64,000 nt of DNA from Octopus vulgaris (taxonomy: Eukaryota): assembly GCA_951406725.2 (NCBI GenBank), contig OX597842.1, positions 32,860,001-32,924,000 of the forward strand, in the 5' to 3' direction. Numbering within the stretch: position 1 is the stretch's first letter; each line of letters starts with the position of its first letter. Of this stretch, positions 42,828 through 57,850 are shown one piece after another. Under the pieces are notes generated by a model. It ran no database searches and was not told where the DNA came from. It saw only the letters and a program-made list of their open reading frames with translations. The position numbers and the translations under genes are program-made.

Positions 42828-43395
42828 GTCACCCACCAGTGTAAAATTAACAGCGGACCTTGAAGCAATCAAGAGAAGATTCTCAAAGAAGATCGTCTCT
42901 TTGCAACAGCTCAGCTACTGGGAAAGTTTGAAACAGCTAAGGCCCTACTCCCTGGAGAGAAGCCGAGAGAGGTATGCAGTAATATATGTCTGGAAGATCC
43001 TGGAAGGAATGTGCCAAATTTTGGCATTGTAAGCTACACCAATGCTAGAACGGGACGACACTGCATAGTGCCAAAGATCCCAGCAATGCCATCACGCTTC
43101 AGGACCAGCTACTGCAACAGTCTGGGTTTCAGGGGCCCACAGCTTTTTAATATTCTCCCAAAGAGTCTGAGGAACTTGCACAAAGTAGATGTAGCGGTTT
43201 TTAAATCAAAGCTGGACATCTTCCTGTCAAGAATCCCAGATGAACCTACCTCACGGCAAGAGGTGCAAATGAGAGTAGCTATATCAAACTCCATTCTTCA
43301 CCAAGTGTCACATATTAGAGGAGGTTCTTCGCAATAACAGTGTAGCGCAAAACGGCGGTTTATCAGGATGGCCGCAGCTCTGAGCTGAAACTAGA
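42826..43395 (+). pseudogene. CR1-group LINE ORF2 C-terminus plus 3' UTR, frameshifted
   Basis: WSPTSVKL..LEAIKRRFSKKI..LSYWESLKQL..YSLERSRERYAVIYVWKILEG / PNFGI..GPQLFNILPK..FKSKLDIFLSRIPDEP. Confidence 0.88.
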
Positions 43396-43843
43396 GAAAA
43401 AAAATGTTTGTGTGTGTAATTGTGTGTGTGCAGAGATATATACGAGGACAGCACCTACAATGATAATGGAGTCATAACATTAATTCGCCAGGAACATTAC
43501 AAAATTAGTCCGGCAAATTATATGTATCGACAAATTAATCAAACGCCATTTTAAATCAGACGAACCGACAATAAAAATGGGGGTAGAATATAAACACTAA
43601 CGTTGGCAGGACTTGAAACCGGCACACAGTACTTCAATATACGAAGAATAAGATTGTCAACCAAGGGCTTCGGTGTTTGCTAAACCGTTTCGTTTGTTGA
43701 TAGCTATGGTGCTTACGTGGGTGGAATCGTCGTGGTTCTGCTTCGAGATGTGACAAGATTTGTTACGGATAAATGGTGGAAATGTCGTGGGATTGTGTTT
43801 AATAAATTCTGGTTCAATGCCACTCGGAACACTGGGATATGAA

Positions 43844-43884
<41 letters not shown>

Positions 43885-44120
43885 GTGTATGTGTGTGTAT
43901 GTGTGTGTGTCTGTGTGGGCGTGTGTGTGCGTGTGGGTGTAGATGTGTATATATATATATTTATATATATATATATGAATATCGGTTCGATAAATAGATA
44001 AATACATAGTTATATACATATATACATGTATATATATATATGTATATATATACATGTATATATATATATGTGTATATATTTATATATATATGTATGTATA
44101 TATATATATTTATGTATATA

Positions 44121-44165
<45 letters not shown>

Positions 44166-44225
44166 CTATGTACGTATAGCATGTATATATATAGTTAGAC
44201 AGAGAGATACATATATACTTTATAA

Positions 44226-44256
<31 letters not shown>

Positions 44257-44286
44257 CACGTCTCTCTATATATATGTATATATATA

Positions 44287-44359
<73 letters not shown>

Positions 44360-44933
44360 ATGTATATATATATTAATTTATATATACATATACTTATATA
44401 CATATAGGCATATATACATGTTTATACCCATTTGAATGAATCGTCGCTTGTTTACAATTATAGACAGAAAAATACATCAAAGAAAATTTAAGCAAAAATA
44501 GATACAAATATATATACATGTATCAAACATATATATGCGCACGTACATTTGTATAAATATCCACATGAAATTATAAATATAATTAATATATATATATATA
44601 TATACACACGCTGCGTTTGTTTGTCTCTGTGTGTATGCAAAATTCATTTACGTATGTGTACGCACACAGATATTTGTATATATGTATAAATGTATGGCTA
44701 TCGTCGTTTTTGCATCTTGGCCATGCTGTAGCAGTGCCTTAAATGTTCCATCTTACCTGTATTATATCCTGCACCACCTGATAATGTAACAACAATATCA
44801 ACGATATATTCAAGGAATTCGCAGTACTATATCACAGTTTGTGTATGTAATAACGGTGGACATAGGCAGCCCCAGAATAAAAGTGACTATAAACGAAGAA
44901 AGCACCGTTTCACAATATATATATATATATATG

Positions 44934-44970
<37 letters not shown>

Positions 44971-44972
44971 AT

Positions 44973-45021
<49 letters not shown>

Positions 45022-45169
45022 CATATTTGCAAGTTTATATATGATTGTAACTGGAAAGGATGGAGTGTGGAAAAGCAAACTATATAAAATATGATTATAG
45101 GTACAAGGTACACTAAAAGAAGGGTAAATGTGTATCTATCTATCTATCTATCTATCAATCAATCAATCA

Positions 45170-45301
<132 letters not shown>

Positions 45302-45473
45302 GTGTGTATGTATGTATATATATACATATATATATATAAATATATATGAATATATATATACGTACATAATTTTGAATGTGTATAGCCAGTGTACATTATA
45401 TAGAGTTAATATATATATATATATGTATAGATATATACATATATATATGTATAGATATATACATATGTACATA

Positions 45474-45526
<53 letters not shown>

Positions 45527-45625
45527 CTATATGTGTGTGTATATATCTACATATCTATATGCATATAGACATATATATGAATATACATGCGTAAATATAT
45601 ATGAATATGTACATACATACATACA

Positions 45626-45718
<93 letters not shown>

Positions 45719-45953
45719 GTTACTTACATATACATACATAAACGAAGATTAAGGGATCCTAAATAAATGTCTGATCATAACGATAATTGTAATAATGGAC
45801 TTGGCATAATTCTGTTTATGATAATGTCGCATGTTTTCTATTTTTTTTTTTCTAAATAATAATGCCGAGTTTTGATTAACGAGAACATTCGATTCAACAC
45901 TTTGATATTGCGATGGACACACACATACACACTCACACACATCCATATACATT

Positions 45954-46070
<117 letters not shown>

Positions 46071-46072
46071 GC

Positions 46073-46113
<41 letters not shown>

Positions 46114-46134
46114 GTTGAAGAACTTGTCATCGTC

Positions 46135-46198
<64 letters not shown>

Positions 46199-46207
46199 CG
46201 CGTATAC

Positions 46208-46247
<40 letters not shown>

Positions 46248-46432
46248 AAGAAGTTGTCATCGTCTATATTTAGTGTTGAGGTCTATAAAAGATAATGTTT
46301 AACTAACATATGACATATGTTCCTAAATGTTATACGCCCATCACAGAAATCTACCCTTTCATATTTATATTTATACCTACGTTAATTCATTGTATCTAAA
46401 TGTATATATATGTAAATCTATATGTGAGTGTA

Positions 46433-46481
<49 letters not shown>

Positions 46482-46749
46482 AGAAGGTGTTTCGTTATAC
46501 GTGTCCATGCTACACGTCTAGCTATGAACTCATTTATACACAAAATAACATATATATATATGCATATATGAGTATATAAGTATATATATGTATATATGCA
46601 TATATAAATAAATACATATATATAAACATATATACATTTATACATATGTACATACCTATATGCATACATACATTCATACCTATATCTATATATAAGTATA
46701 TATACTTATATATATATATATATGATTTTGATTTTTTGATTTTGATTTT

Positions 46750-46957
46750 TCCAGTTTCAGCTTATGAGCTGTGGCCATGCTGGGGCACCGCCATTTGGTG
46801 TTGCTACTTGGTTTCACTTCATGAAGGCTTTCTAGCAACTGCTATTTGGTGCATGAGAGAGTTCGATGCAGCTGCCCTCATCTGCCCCTCCTGCCGTGAA
46901 GTTGGTTCATCTGGGACACCTGACAGGAAGAGATCCAGCTTCATTTTAAAGACATCT
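46750..46957 (-). mobile_element. CR1-group LINE 3' fragment
   Basis: Reverse complement of 51915-52121. Confidence 0.88.
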
Positions 46958-46992
46958 GTATATATATATATATATATACATATATACATACA

Positions 46993-47043
<51 letters not shown>

Positions 47044-47592
47044 GTAATTGTTTGTGTGTTTCTTTGTGTTTGTTTGTGTTATGTTATTTATCTAATTACA
47101 TCTGGATAGAGCGCTAGTCACTCGCAAGTTTAACTCTCGCCCACAAATGGCGACACTATCCTCTGTTTTGAGTTGAGTTACAGGAAATGGCATAATCTTG
47201 TACAAAACACGATCCCGGAATACATATACTAACATACAAACTCATATTTATATATACATGTGCATATGCTTATACATACAAACACATATATATACACTTT
47301 CACATATATATATATATGTATATATTTATACGTATATATACTTATGTGTTGGTGGGTTTGTAAATGTATATATATGTACTATTTATGAATATATATATAT
47401 ATATATATATATGCATATACCCACATATATACACAACCACGCACAGGCTTTCTCTCTAACCCCCTCGCCTCACGTATATCACATTATCGCGTTTTTTACA
47501 ACTCGTTCCTTCTTTGATATTTTGTATCCCTATTCCTTTCAGAAGTACCTCAAAGAAAAACATAGATATATACATTATATATAATCAAATAG

Positions 47593-47653
<61 letters not shown>

Positions 47654-47766
47654 TACATTACGCATCTATGTATGATGTCGTCATATATTTATATATGACG
47701 ACATCATATTTTATACACATGTTTTTATACACATACGTACACTTGAATGTGTATATATATGCGACT

Positions 47767-47835
<69 letters not shown>

Positions 47836-47910
47836 CTGTCTCTATTCACATACACAAACACAAACATCATGTAAATGTGTTTGTAAAATTTTTGCAAATA
47901 TATAAATTTG

Positions 47911-48041
<131 letters not shown>

Positions 48042-48107
48042 GTGTGTGTCTGTCTGTCTTTCTATCTCTGTCTCTCTCTCTATATATATATAATATATAT
48101 ATAACAT

Positions 48108-48492
48108 AGGCACAAGAGTGGCTGTGTGGTAAGAAGCTTGCTTACCAACCGCATGGTACCGGGTTCAGTCCCACTGCGTGACACCTTCAGCAAGTGTCTT
48201 GTGAGTGGAGTTGGTAGACGGAAACTGAAAGAAGCCCGTTGTATATATGTATGTATGGATATGTGTGCGTGTGTGTTTGTGTGTCTGTGTTTGTCCCCCT
48301 AATATTGCTTGACAACCGATGCTGGTATGTTTACCTCCCCGTAACATAGCGGTTCGGCAAAAGAGACTGATAGAATAAGTACTAGGCTTACAAAGAATAA
48401 GTCCTGGGGATCGATGTACTCGACTAAAGGCGGTGCTCCAGCATGGCCGCTTTCAAATGCCTTAAACAAGTAAAAGAGTAAAAGAGTAAAGA
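48108..48492 (+). mobile_element. SINE family A
   Basis: Match to the consensus. Confidence 0.88.
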
Positions 48493-48684
48493 GTATATAT
48501 ATATGCACACACACACACATATATATATGTACATGACATATATATCTCACTACTCTTGTAATTTATATACCTATCTCTCTACACCTATATATATGTAGGT
48601 ATATACATACACACACATGAACTCTTGTGTAATAGCACATGTAGCTACAAACTCTCTGCTGCTTCCCTTTCTCTCTATGTGAGC

Positions 48685-48730
<46 letters not shown>

Positions 48731-48737
48731 TTTTATT

Positions 48738-48901
48738 TATGCGCCCTTTTCAACCATAGCCAGGCTCACGGGCGCGGTTTCCCGGTTTCGATGGTTTATG
48801 TGTTCCCGCCAGTGGGACGGGACGCCAGTCCATCACAGCATTACTCAAGAAACAGAAAGAGAGAGTGTGAGAAAGTTGGGGCAAACGAGTACAACAGGGG
48901 C
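48738..48901 (-). mobile_element. 3' part of a V-domain-like SINE
   Basis: rc contains GTGATGGACTGGCGTCCCGTCC and GAAACCGGGAAACCGCGCCCGTGAGCC; tail related to 62200-62250. Confidence 0.55.
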
Positions 48902-49325
48902 CTTGACAAACTTGACAATTGCTAAGAGAGCACTGCATGAAATCCGTGGTAGCCTGGTTTGCCCTACAATTATAGAATCGTTATCCGTCAATTCAATGTT
49001 GCGCACTCATTCTCATTGTTCGATATTAATACAACATATATGTATATATGTATATTGTCAGTAGATGATATCCATTGATACTAATTAAGACTCCGATAGC
49101 GACGTCTTAACGAGGTTCTGATTTAGCGGGGCAAAGAGAAGACATAAGTGGAATCAAGGTGAGAAGATATGGAAGCAACCTAGATATATAGATCTTTAGA
49201 ATCCCTGAATTGTATTTTGGTCAGCGCATAATATTGAGATCTTAGTCTAAGGATTATGGAGAAATTACACTTTGTAAACAAACGCACAAAGATTACGTGT
49301 GTGTGTGTGCATATATACGTGTGTG

Positions 49326-49356
<31 letters not shown>

Positions 49357-49475
49357 GCTCACACACAGAGATATTTATACATTCAATCATATACGCATAC
49401 CCGCAAAATGTTCACATAAAGAAGCATGTGAGATGTACGTATGTGCATATATACATACATACATAAACACACACA

Positions 49476-49522
<47 letters not shown>

Positions 49523-49566
49523 GTACAATATGTATAGATAGAAAGTAATACATTTTAGTACATATG

Positions 49567-49602
<36 letters not shown>

Positions 49603-49646
49603 ACCAGTACCTATATGTACTAACACACACACACACGCGCGTATTT

Positions 49647-49737
<91 letters not shown>

Positions 49738-49958
49738 TATGTATATATTTATCTATCTATCTATCTATCTATCTATCTGTATATATATACAATTTCTTTT
49801 TCGGTATATTTACGTGTATTTACGTATATTTGCGTGATTTAAACACCGCAAATATATAACTACGTGTGTAAACATTTTTTAGCCTAAGAATTCAGGCATA
49901 TAGGACATACATACATATATACACATGCATGTATATATATATATACGCAATATAAATA

Positions 49959-49994
<36 letters not shown>

Positions 49995-50003
49995 TGTCTG
50001 TAC

Positions 50004-50042
<39 letters not shown>

Positions 50043-50062
50043 TATGTATGCATGTATGTATG

Positions 50063-50096
<34 letters not shown>

Positions 50097-50334
50097 TGTA
50101 TGTATGTATGTATGTATGAGGGCTTTTAGGTTTCAAAAGTGGGCTGAAGATGCAAGCGCTGGAGGTGGGTGAGATGTAGGGATGTGTTTCTGTGCGCTAA
50201 ACGAGTTTTACAATCGACAACCCAACAAATTTAGTTACACGCTGCTAGGACAGAGGTCACGGGGTCAGTTATTTGTAGCGAATCTTAGATTTAATACTTT
50301 ATTAAATTACTAAAGACCAATATCAATCACATAC

Positions 50335-50432
<98 letters not shown>

Positions 50433-50614
50433 TATATATATGTGTGTGTATGTATATGTATGTATATATATATGTATATGTATATATATATACATATATG
50501 TATGTCTATACATTTATAAATATATAGACATATATATATATACGTATATATATATAAATATATTTATATATAATATATATATATATAGGTATGTATATGT
50601 ATATATATATATAC

Positions 50615-50646
<32 letters not shown>

Positions 50647-50653
50647 TTATTTG

Positions 50654-50698
<45 letters not shown>

Positions 50699-51196
50699 CA
50701 GGCATATACATGTAGGAATATATGCATATATAAGTATATGTTTTCATATATATATATATAAATATATATATGCGTGTGTTTGTGTGTATGTGTGCGTATA
50801 TGTATGTATATTACCTTATGTATACAGACATTCATGTTTAATTATATATTTGTATGAATATATGTATATGTATATATGTATGCATGTATATATATATGTG
50901 TGTCTATATATCTATATCTACCTATATATCTCTATATGTTTCAATCTATATATGTATAGATATAAATATTTATCCATCTATCTATATATATGTCTATACA
51001 ATCAATTTGGACATTCACGTATATACATATATACATATATATATTTGCATTTATTTCGACCAGTAAACAAACAGAAATACATACATACACTTCGTACACA
51101 CACAGAATGATTTATACATATATACGTACACGTACATTCAAACATCTATCCATAAATAATATATATATATACATATATATATACATATATATATAC

Positions 51197-51246
<50 letters not shown>

Positions 51247-51435
51247 AAATGCACACAGACGTCAATATGTATACAAAGAACTAATTCGGTTCGATATTTT
51301 TATGGATTGCAAAAAAATTCTATGTTCTGAACGCCATCTTGAGAAAATTGGAATCAAATAGGATTTTACGTAGCAAATTGTTCCCAGTTTGGAATGTGCC
51401 AAACTTTATACCTCTTTCTCCTTCTAGGATGTGTT

Positions 51436-51467
<32 letters not shown>

Positions 51468-51472
<5 letters not shown>

Positions 51473-52121
51473 CAAGAGACCAGGAAACCATGATGGTCCT
51501 CTGGAGGACACTTGTCCTAAGCCACTTTGACTATTGCTCTCAGCTGTGGTCACCATTCAGTGTCAAGTTAATCATAGAACTTGAGGCGATCCAACGAAGC
51601 TACACGAAGAAGATAGCCTCTGTGAAGCATATAAGCTACTGGAAAAGTCTCAAGAGATTAAGACTCTATTCCTTATAGCGTAGGCGAGAAAGATATGCCA
51701 TAATATACATCTGGAAGATCCTAGAAGGACTTGTCCCAAACTTTGGCATCGAGAGTTACACAAATGCCAGAACTGGGCGCCACTGCGTGGTGCCAAGGAC
51801 TCCAAATTTGCCATCAAGATGTAAGACAAGATACTGTGATAGCCTGGGCTTCCGAGGCCCACAGCTCTTCAATATCCTCCCGAAGAACCTAAGAGACCTG
51901 CATGGAGTGGATGCAGATGTCTTTAAAATGAAACTGGATCTCTTCTTGTCAGGTATCCCAGATGAACCAGCTTCACGGCAGGAGGTGCAGATGAGGGCAG
52001 CTGAATCGAACTCTCTCATGCACCAAATGGCAATTGCTAAAAAGCATTCGTGAAGTAAAATCATGTAGCAATACTGAATGGCGGTGCCCCAGCATGGCCA
52101 CAGCTTGTGAGCTGAAACTAG
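51468..52121 (+). pseudogene. CR1-group LINE ORF2 C-terminus plus 3' UTR, 5'-truncated
   Basis: [87 protein letters not shown]; one premature stop. Confidence 0.9.
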
Positions 52122-52159
52122 ATAAATATAAAGAAGATAAAGATTTATATATATATATA

Positions 52160-52335
52160 CAACGGGAAGGTTTACGAAAATAAACAAAAAACGAAGACAG
52201 GTGGAATACAAACAAACAATTGTATTAGTATGGCGCTCAGGAATATAAATAGAAAAAGTCTTTTACGTTTCGAGCCTACGCTCTTCGACAGAAAGATACA
52301 CAGAAAAGAAACACGGAGAGAAACAAGGAGAGAAA
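52160..52335 (-). mobile_element. Penelope-pLTR-like element, family P2; degenerate inverted copy at 52440-52590
   Basis: Near-identical to 60465-60655. Confidence 0.7.
52259..52296 (-). ncRNA. minimal type I hammerhead-like motif (CUGUCGA core)
   Basis: rc = UCUUU-CUGUCGA-A-GAGC-GUAG-GCUC-GAAAC-GUA-AAAGA. Confidence 0.62.
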
Positions 52336-52595
52336 ATATATAAATATGTATACACGCGCAGGGATACACTCGTTCTCACACATACACACACATTTGATTA
52401 TGTTGAATGATTAATCTCTAAACATTTATTTTTCGTTCTTGGTCCATTTTCTTCTCTTATCACTTTTTGTCGAAGTGCGAAGGCTTGAAACATCGAAACC
52501 TTTTCCATTCCTCCTGAGCGTCAGTCTAATACACCTGCTTCTTGTTCCTTCGTCTGTCATCGTCCCGTGTCTTCTGTACATTTGAACCATACATA

Positions 52596-53340
52596 TACAG
52601 GGTGTGCAAGCTATTTGAGGAGGTATTTTTGGGGGGTCATAGTTGCATTTTTTGCTAACTCTGTATAATATGTTTCAGAAAATAATAATGGCAGACCCTC
52701 AGCTTATCAAGAAATGAAGAGGGATGCTGTTATTGTGGTTATAAAGGCTGAGCATAGCGATTTAGAAATATCTTGATTTTTAAAAAATGCCAGATCTTTC
52801 GTCAACAAAGTTTGTAAGTAGTTAGAGACTGAAGATGGAAATGTATCACCAGTATCAAAGCATAAAAAGCATTCTAAACACTGTGAAATCATCAGAACAC
52901 CTGAATTTATCCAGCAAGTTCAACAGACCATTGATTACAATCCCAGAAAGTCCACGAGGTCAATTGCAAAAGATCTCCATGTGTCAAAAGGAACAGTCAG
53001 AAATGCTTTCCATGAAAACATCAGGTGTTATATGATGAGGAAAGGTCAGTTTGTCCGAAGAAGCAAAAGAAAATCCCTACATCAGATCTAAAAGGCTTTT
53101 AAACAAACTGAAAAATCCAGCAGAAGAAGATTTGATTTGGTTTTTCTCAAATGAGAAAAACTTCGACCAAGATCAAAAAATTAACAGAAGAAATGACAAA
53201 TTGTTACGTGCAGACCCTTCTGAAATTCCAAGTGTTATGCATTACAAAATTTCATGGTTTTAGGGGTTGTCAGCAATGAAGGACATGTGATGCCCCCTTT
53301 CTTCTTTCCACAAGGTCTTAGAATTAGATCTGTTGCCGAT
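52596..53340 (+). pseudogene. Tc1/mariner (DD37D/maT-like) transposon, 5' part, degraded
   Basis: TACAGGGTG start; NPRKSTRSIAKDLHVSKGTVR HTH; LIWFFSNEKNFDQDQKINRRND; GVVSNEGHVMPPFFFPQGLRI; multiple stops and frameshifts. Confidence 0.85.
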
Positions 53341-53344
53341 AGAG

Positions 53345-53511
53345 CTTGGCACCTGTGACGTCGCAACTCATTCCTACAACTGAGTGAACTGGAGCAACGT
53401 GAAATAAAGTGTCTTGCTCAAGAACACAACACGCAGCCCTGTCCGGGATTCGAGCTCACAACCTCACGATCGTAAGCTCGACGCCCTAACCACTGAGCCA
53501 TGCGGCTTCAC
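53345..53511 (-). mobile_element. SINE family C
   Basis: rc TGGCTCAGTGG (A box)..GCTCGAATCCC (B box)..CTTGAGCAAGACACTTTATTTCACG. Confidence 0.8.
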
Positions 53512-54810
53512 ATTCATACATACATACATACATACATACATCCATACATACACACACACACATACATACATACATACATACATACATACACACATACATA
53601 CATACGTACATACACACATACATACATACATACATACATATACATTCATACATACATACATACACACATACATACAAACATACATACATACACACATTCA
53701 TACATTCATACGTACATACATACATATATACATACATACATACACATACATACATGCATACATACATACATACAAACATACAAGGCATCGGTCGGCCCGA
53801 GGCTATTGTAGAAGACACGTGCTAAAGGCACCACGCAGTGGTACTGAACCCGGAATAGTGTGGTTGGGAAGCAAGCTTCTTACCACACAGACGCTGTGTA
53901 TATGTAATGAGAGAGGGAGTGTGGGGGGAGTAAATATTAGACTTGCGCTTTTCTCGGGTCACTCTGTTCCGGAAGTGACTTATATATTCAGTGCGGTATA
54001 CACTTCTCTCCGATGCAAGCTCTTCCGGATTTTAGATTAGAATTTTCCTATTTATAATTATTTAGGTTTGTTATGATTTTCTTACGACAATTGCTCTTAA
54101 TTTGAGGGCGATTTAACTGCTATTTCTTGCAGTGCAACTCCTTTTTTTTTTTAAAGACAGTAAAGTTATGTTTTGGGGAGATTTTGGTAGTTGTTTCTAG
54201 CACTTTGATTGAGCAGGTAGGGAGATATAGTTGCGTGATGGGAACGGAATGAGAAAATGTGAAAGGGAGAAAATGGGAGAAAGAAGGAAGCGTGGGGGTG
54301 GGAGAAGAGAATGATAGACAGAAATATAGAAACGGAAAGAGAGAGAGAGAGAAAGGAAGGAGAGAGAGTGAACGAGAGAGAGAGAGAGAGTGAGTGAGAG
54401 AGGAAGGAGAGAGAGAGTGAACGAGAGAGAGAGAGAGAGCCAAAGAGTGGTAGATAGGAGAGACGAAGAGGGAGTAAATGACGGAGAGAGAAAGAGGAGA
54501 AAAAGAGCAAACAGTGAGAGAAAGAGAAAGGAAGGAGAGAGAGTGAACGAGAGAGAGAGAGAGAGAGCCAAAGAGTTAGAGAGAGAGGAAGTGAGAGAGC
54601 GACAGAGCACGTAAAAGGGAGAGACAGAGAGAGAGTGTATATATATATATATCTATGTATGTGTGTGTATATATACATACATACATGTATATACACACAC
54701 ATATATATATATACATACATATATATACACACACATATATGTATATATATACATATATATACACACACATATATATATATATTTGCATCTATCTATCTAT
54801 CTATCTATAA

Positions 54811-54847
<37 letters not shown>

Positions 54848-55059
54848 AGTATGCTTGTTTGTATGTGTGTGTGTGTGTGAGTTTTATTCATGTATATGTC
54901 TACGTCCGTTGTTGCTTTAGCTTTTGCTGTTATTTAACCCAAAGGTCATCCTAGATGGAACAGGTCTGTGATCAAAGAATACGTAACAATGAGTTCGTCT
55001 GTTTCATTATTCCATAGTCTGCAAGAATTCCAAGAGAATATTATGCAACGTGTCATTCG

Positions 55060-56452
55060 ACGGGGATTTGGCTGCTATTTCTACCAGGTCTAGCTACCAT
55101 ATAGAGGTCCCCCTTATTGACTCATACACACATATATACATAGATAAGAGAGAAGCGTGTGATTTGAGAGAGAGTTGGCTGCTATTTCTACCAGGTCTAG
55201 CTACCATGTAGAGGTCTCCCTTATTGGCTCATACATATATACATAGGTATGAGAGTAGGGTGTGATCTGAGAGAGATTTGGCTGCTATTTCTAACAGGTC
55301 TAGCTACCATGTAGATGTCTCCCACATTGGCTCATACGTAGATAAGAGACTAGGGTGTGATTTGAGAGAGATTTGGCTGCTATTTCGACCAGGTCTAGCT
55401 ACCATGTAGAGGTCTCCCTCATTGGCTCATACATACATATATACATAGATAAGAGAGTAGGGTGTGATTTGAGGGAGATTTGGCTGCTATTTCTAGCAGG
55501 TCTAGCTACCATGTAGAGGTCTCCTTCATTGGCTCATACACACATATATACATAGATAAGAGAGTAGGGTGTGATTTGAGGGAGATTTGGCTGCTATTTC
55601 TACCAGGTCTACCTACCACATAGAGGTCTCCCTCATTGGCTCATACATACATACATACATAGATAAGAGAGTTAGGGTGTGATTTGAGGGAGATTTGGCT
55701 GCTATTTCTACCAGGTCTAGCTACCATGTAGAGGTCTCCCTCATTGGCTCATACATACATATATACATAGATAAGAGAGTAGGGTGTGATTTGAAGGAGA
55801 TTTGGCTGCTATTTCTACAAGGTCTACCTACCATGTAGAAGTCTCTCTCATTGGCTCATACATACATATATACATAGATAAGAGAGTAGGGTGTGATTTG
55901 AGGGAGATTTGGCTGCTATTTCTACCAGGTCTAGCTACCATGTAGAGGTCTCCCTCATTGGCTCATACATACATATACATAAGAGAGTAGCATGTGAGTG
56001 GAGGGAGATTGGCTGCTATTTCTCCCAGGGCTTAGCTACCATATAGAGGTCTCCCTCATTGGCTCATACATACATATATACATAGATAAGAGAGTAGGGT
56101 GTGATTTGAGGGAGATTTGGCTGCTATTTCTACCAGGTCTAGCTACCATGTAGAGGTCTCCCTCATTGGCTCATACATACATATATACATAGAGAAGAGA
56201 GTAGGGTGTGGTTTGAGGGAGATTTGGCTGCTATTTCTACCAGGTCTAGCTACCATGTAGAGGTCTCCCTCATTGGCTCATACATATATATATACATAGA
56301 TAAGAGAGTAGGGTGTGATTTGAGGGAGATTTGGCTGCTATTTCTACCAGGTCTAGCTACCATGTAGAGGTCTCCCTCATTGGCTCATACATACATATAT
56401 ACATAGATAAGAGAGTAGGGTGTGATTTGAGGGAGATTTGGCTGCTATCTCT
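55060..56452. repeat. approximately 107-bp tandem satellite, 13 units plus a partial unit
   Basis: TGGCTGCTAT occurs 14 times (55069, 55176, 55279, 55374, 55481, 55588, 55696, 55803, 55910, 56010, 56118, 56225, 56332, 56439). Confidence 0.95.
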
Positions 56453-56551
56453 ACGAGAACCAGCCACAACATAAACATTTCTCTCTCATTGGGTCATTTT
56501 TACGTATATAGATAAACATAACGAGAGAGGGGCGCGCCGTGATGCAGAGAA

Positions 56552-56598
<47 letters not shown>

Positions 56599-57143
56599 CA
56601 GAGGGGGAGGCAAAAACAAAGAAAAACAAATATGAAAAAAAATAAGAGTGTATAGAAAAATACAAATATAAACATAAATATAAAACCATTTGGAAAGAAG
56701 GCGACGTGCAATGGCTGAGCTAGAATTGGTTTCGCAGAGTTCTACAGAGAAGCGAAGATCAGTCAAGCATTGAGCTGAAATGGTTCCACCGATTCTTCTA
56801 AAGATCTCCATTGGCAGTCAGTGTTTCGCTTTGCTTGTTCTGTATATCTGTGAGTGATATCAAGCCCGCCTCACCACCCCCTCCACCGGCCTTATTTCTT
56901 TCTCTCTCTCTCTCTCTGTCTCTCTGTTGCTTTTTCTCTCTTTCTCTCTATCTCTCTGTTTATATCTCTCTCAATGTCTGGCTGTATGTGTTCCTCTCTC
57001 TCTCTCTTTTCTCTCTCTCTCTCTCTCACTTATTCTTACGTACTTTCTCACAAACCCTCTCTGTCTGTAGGTCCCTCTCACTCTGACTCTCTCTGTCTGA
57101 ACATTTTTCTCTCTCATACACTCACTCTTACTCACTCACTCTC

Positions 57144-57193
<50 letters not shown>

Positions 57194-57237
57194 TATATAT
57201 ATATATATACAAACATACATAACTTTCTTGGAATATA

Positions 57238-57297
<60 letters not shown>

Positions 57298-57629
57298 TAT
57301 GTATATATGGTTCCCTCTTTCACAGACACAAAATGTTTGTCTGGAAATGTCTCTACGTCTACGTATGCCTATTTCTCTGTCTGTCTGTCTGTCTCTGATA
57401 CATACGAACATCGTCCACACACTCTTTGTCTATCGGTCGCTCTCTCTCTCTCACTCTCTCTCTTTCTTTCTCTCTTAGTTGGTATCCATCATGTACTTTT
57501 ACTGGCAAATGACCAAAGTGAGGTTGCAAAATAGAGTACTAGAGTACTAGATAGACAAATAAACAAAAAAGTGACAGAGAAAAACAGGAGAGAGAGAGAG
57601 AGAGAGAGAGACCGAGAGAGAGAGAAGAC

Positions 57630-57850
57630 ACTAGCTGACCTCTGATTCAGCCAATAAGATTCTATAAACGCCATCTTTCTCCAAGAATTTAAAATACATC
57701 TTCTGCCACAAATGTGCACTCTTATCAAGTTCCTAAACACAGACAGAGGAACAGAGAGAGATAGGGGAAGAGAGGTGGCAGAGAGGTTGAGAAGGAAAGC
57801 CAACGGACTCTGAAACAGCCAATCGGAGGCAAGTAATTCCAAACATGTAT
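57630..57850. promoter_or_regulatory. candidate promoter-like island
   Basis: AGCCAATAAG at 57649 and AGCCAATCGG at 57817 (NF-Y type), CTATAAA at 57662, CGCCATCTT at 57669 (YY1 type), next to (GA)n tracts. Confidence 0.3.

Noticed and set aside
49062-49158. AG...GTGAG-bounded candidate exon
   Set aside because: Stops in all three frames
56500-56811. 103-aa minus-strand ORF (MEIFRRIGG...)
   Set aside because: No recognisable domain; the hydrophobic part comes from T-rich low-complexity sequence running into (TA)n
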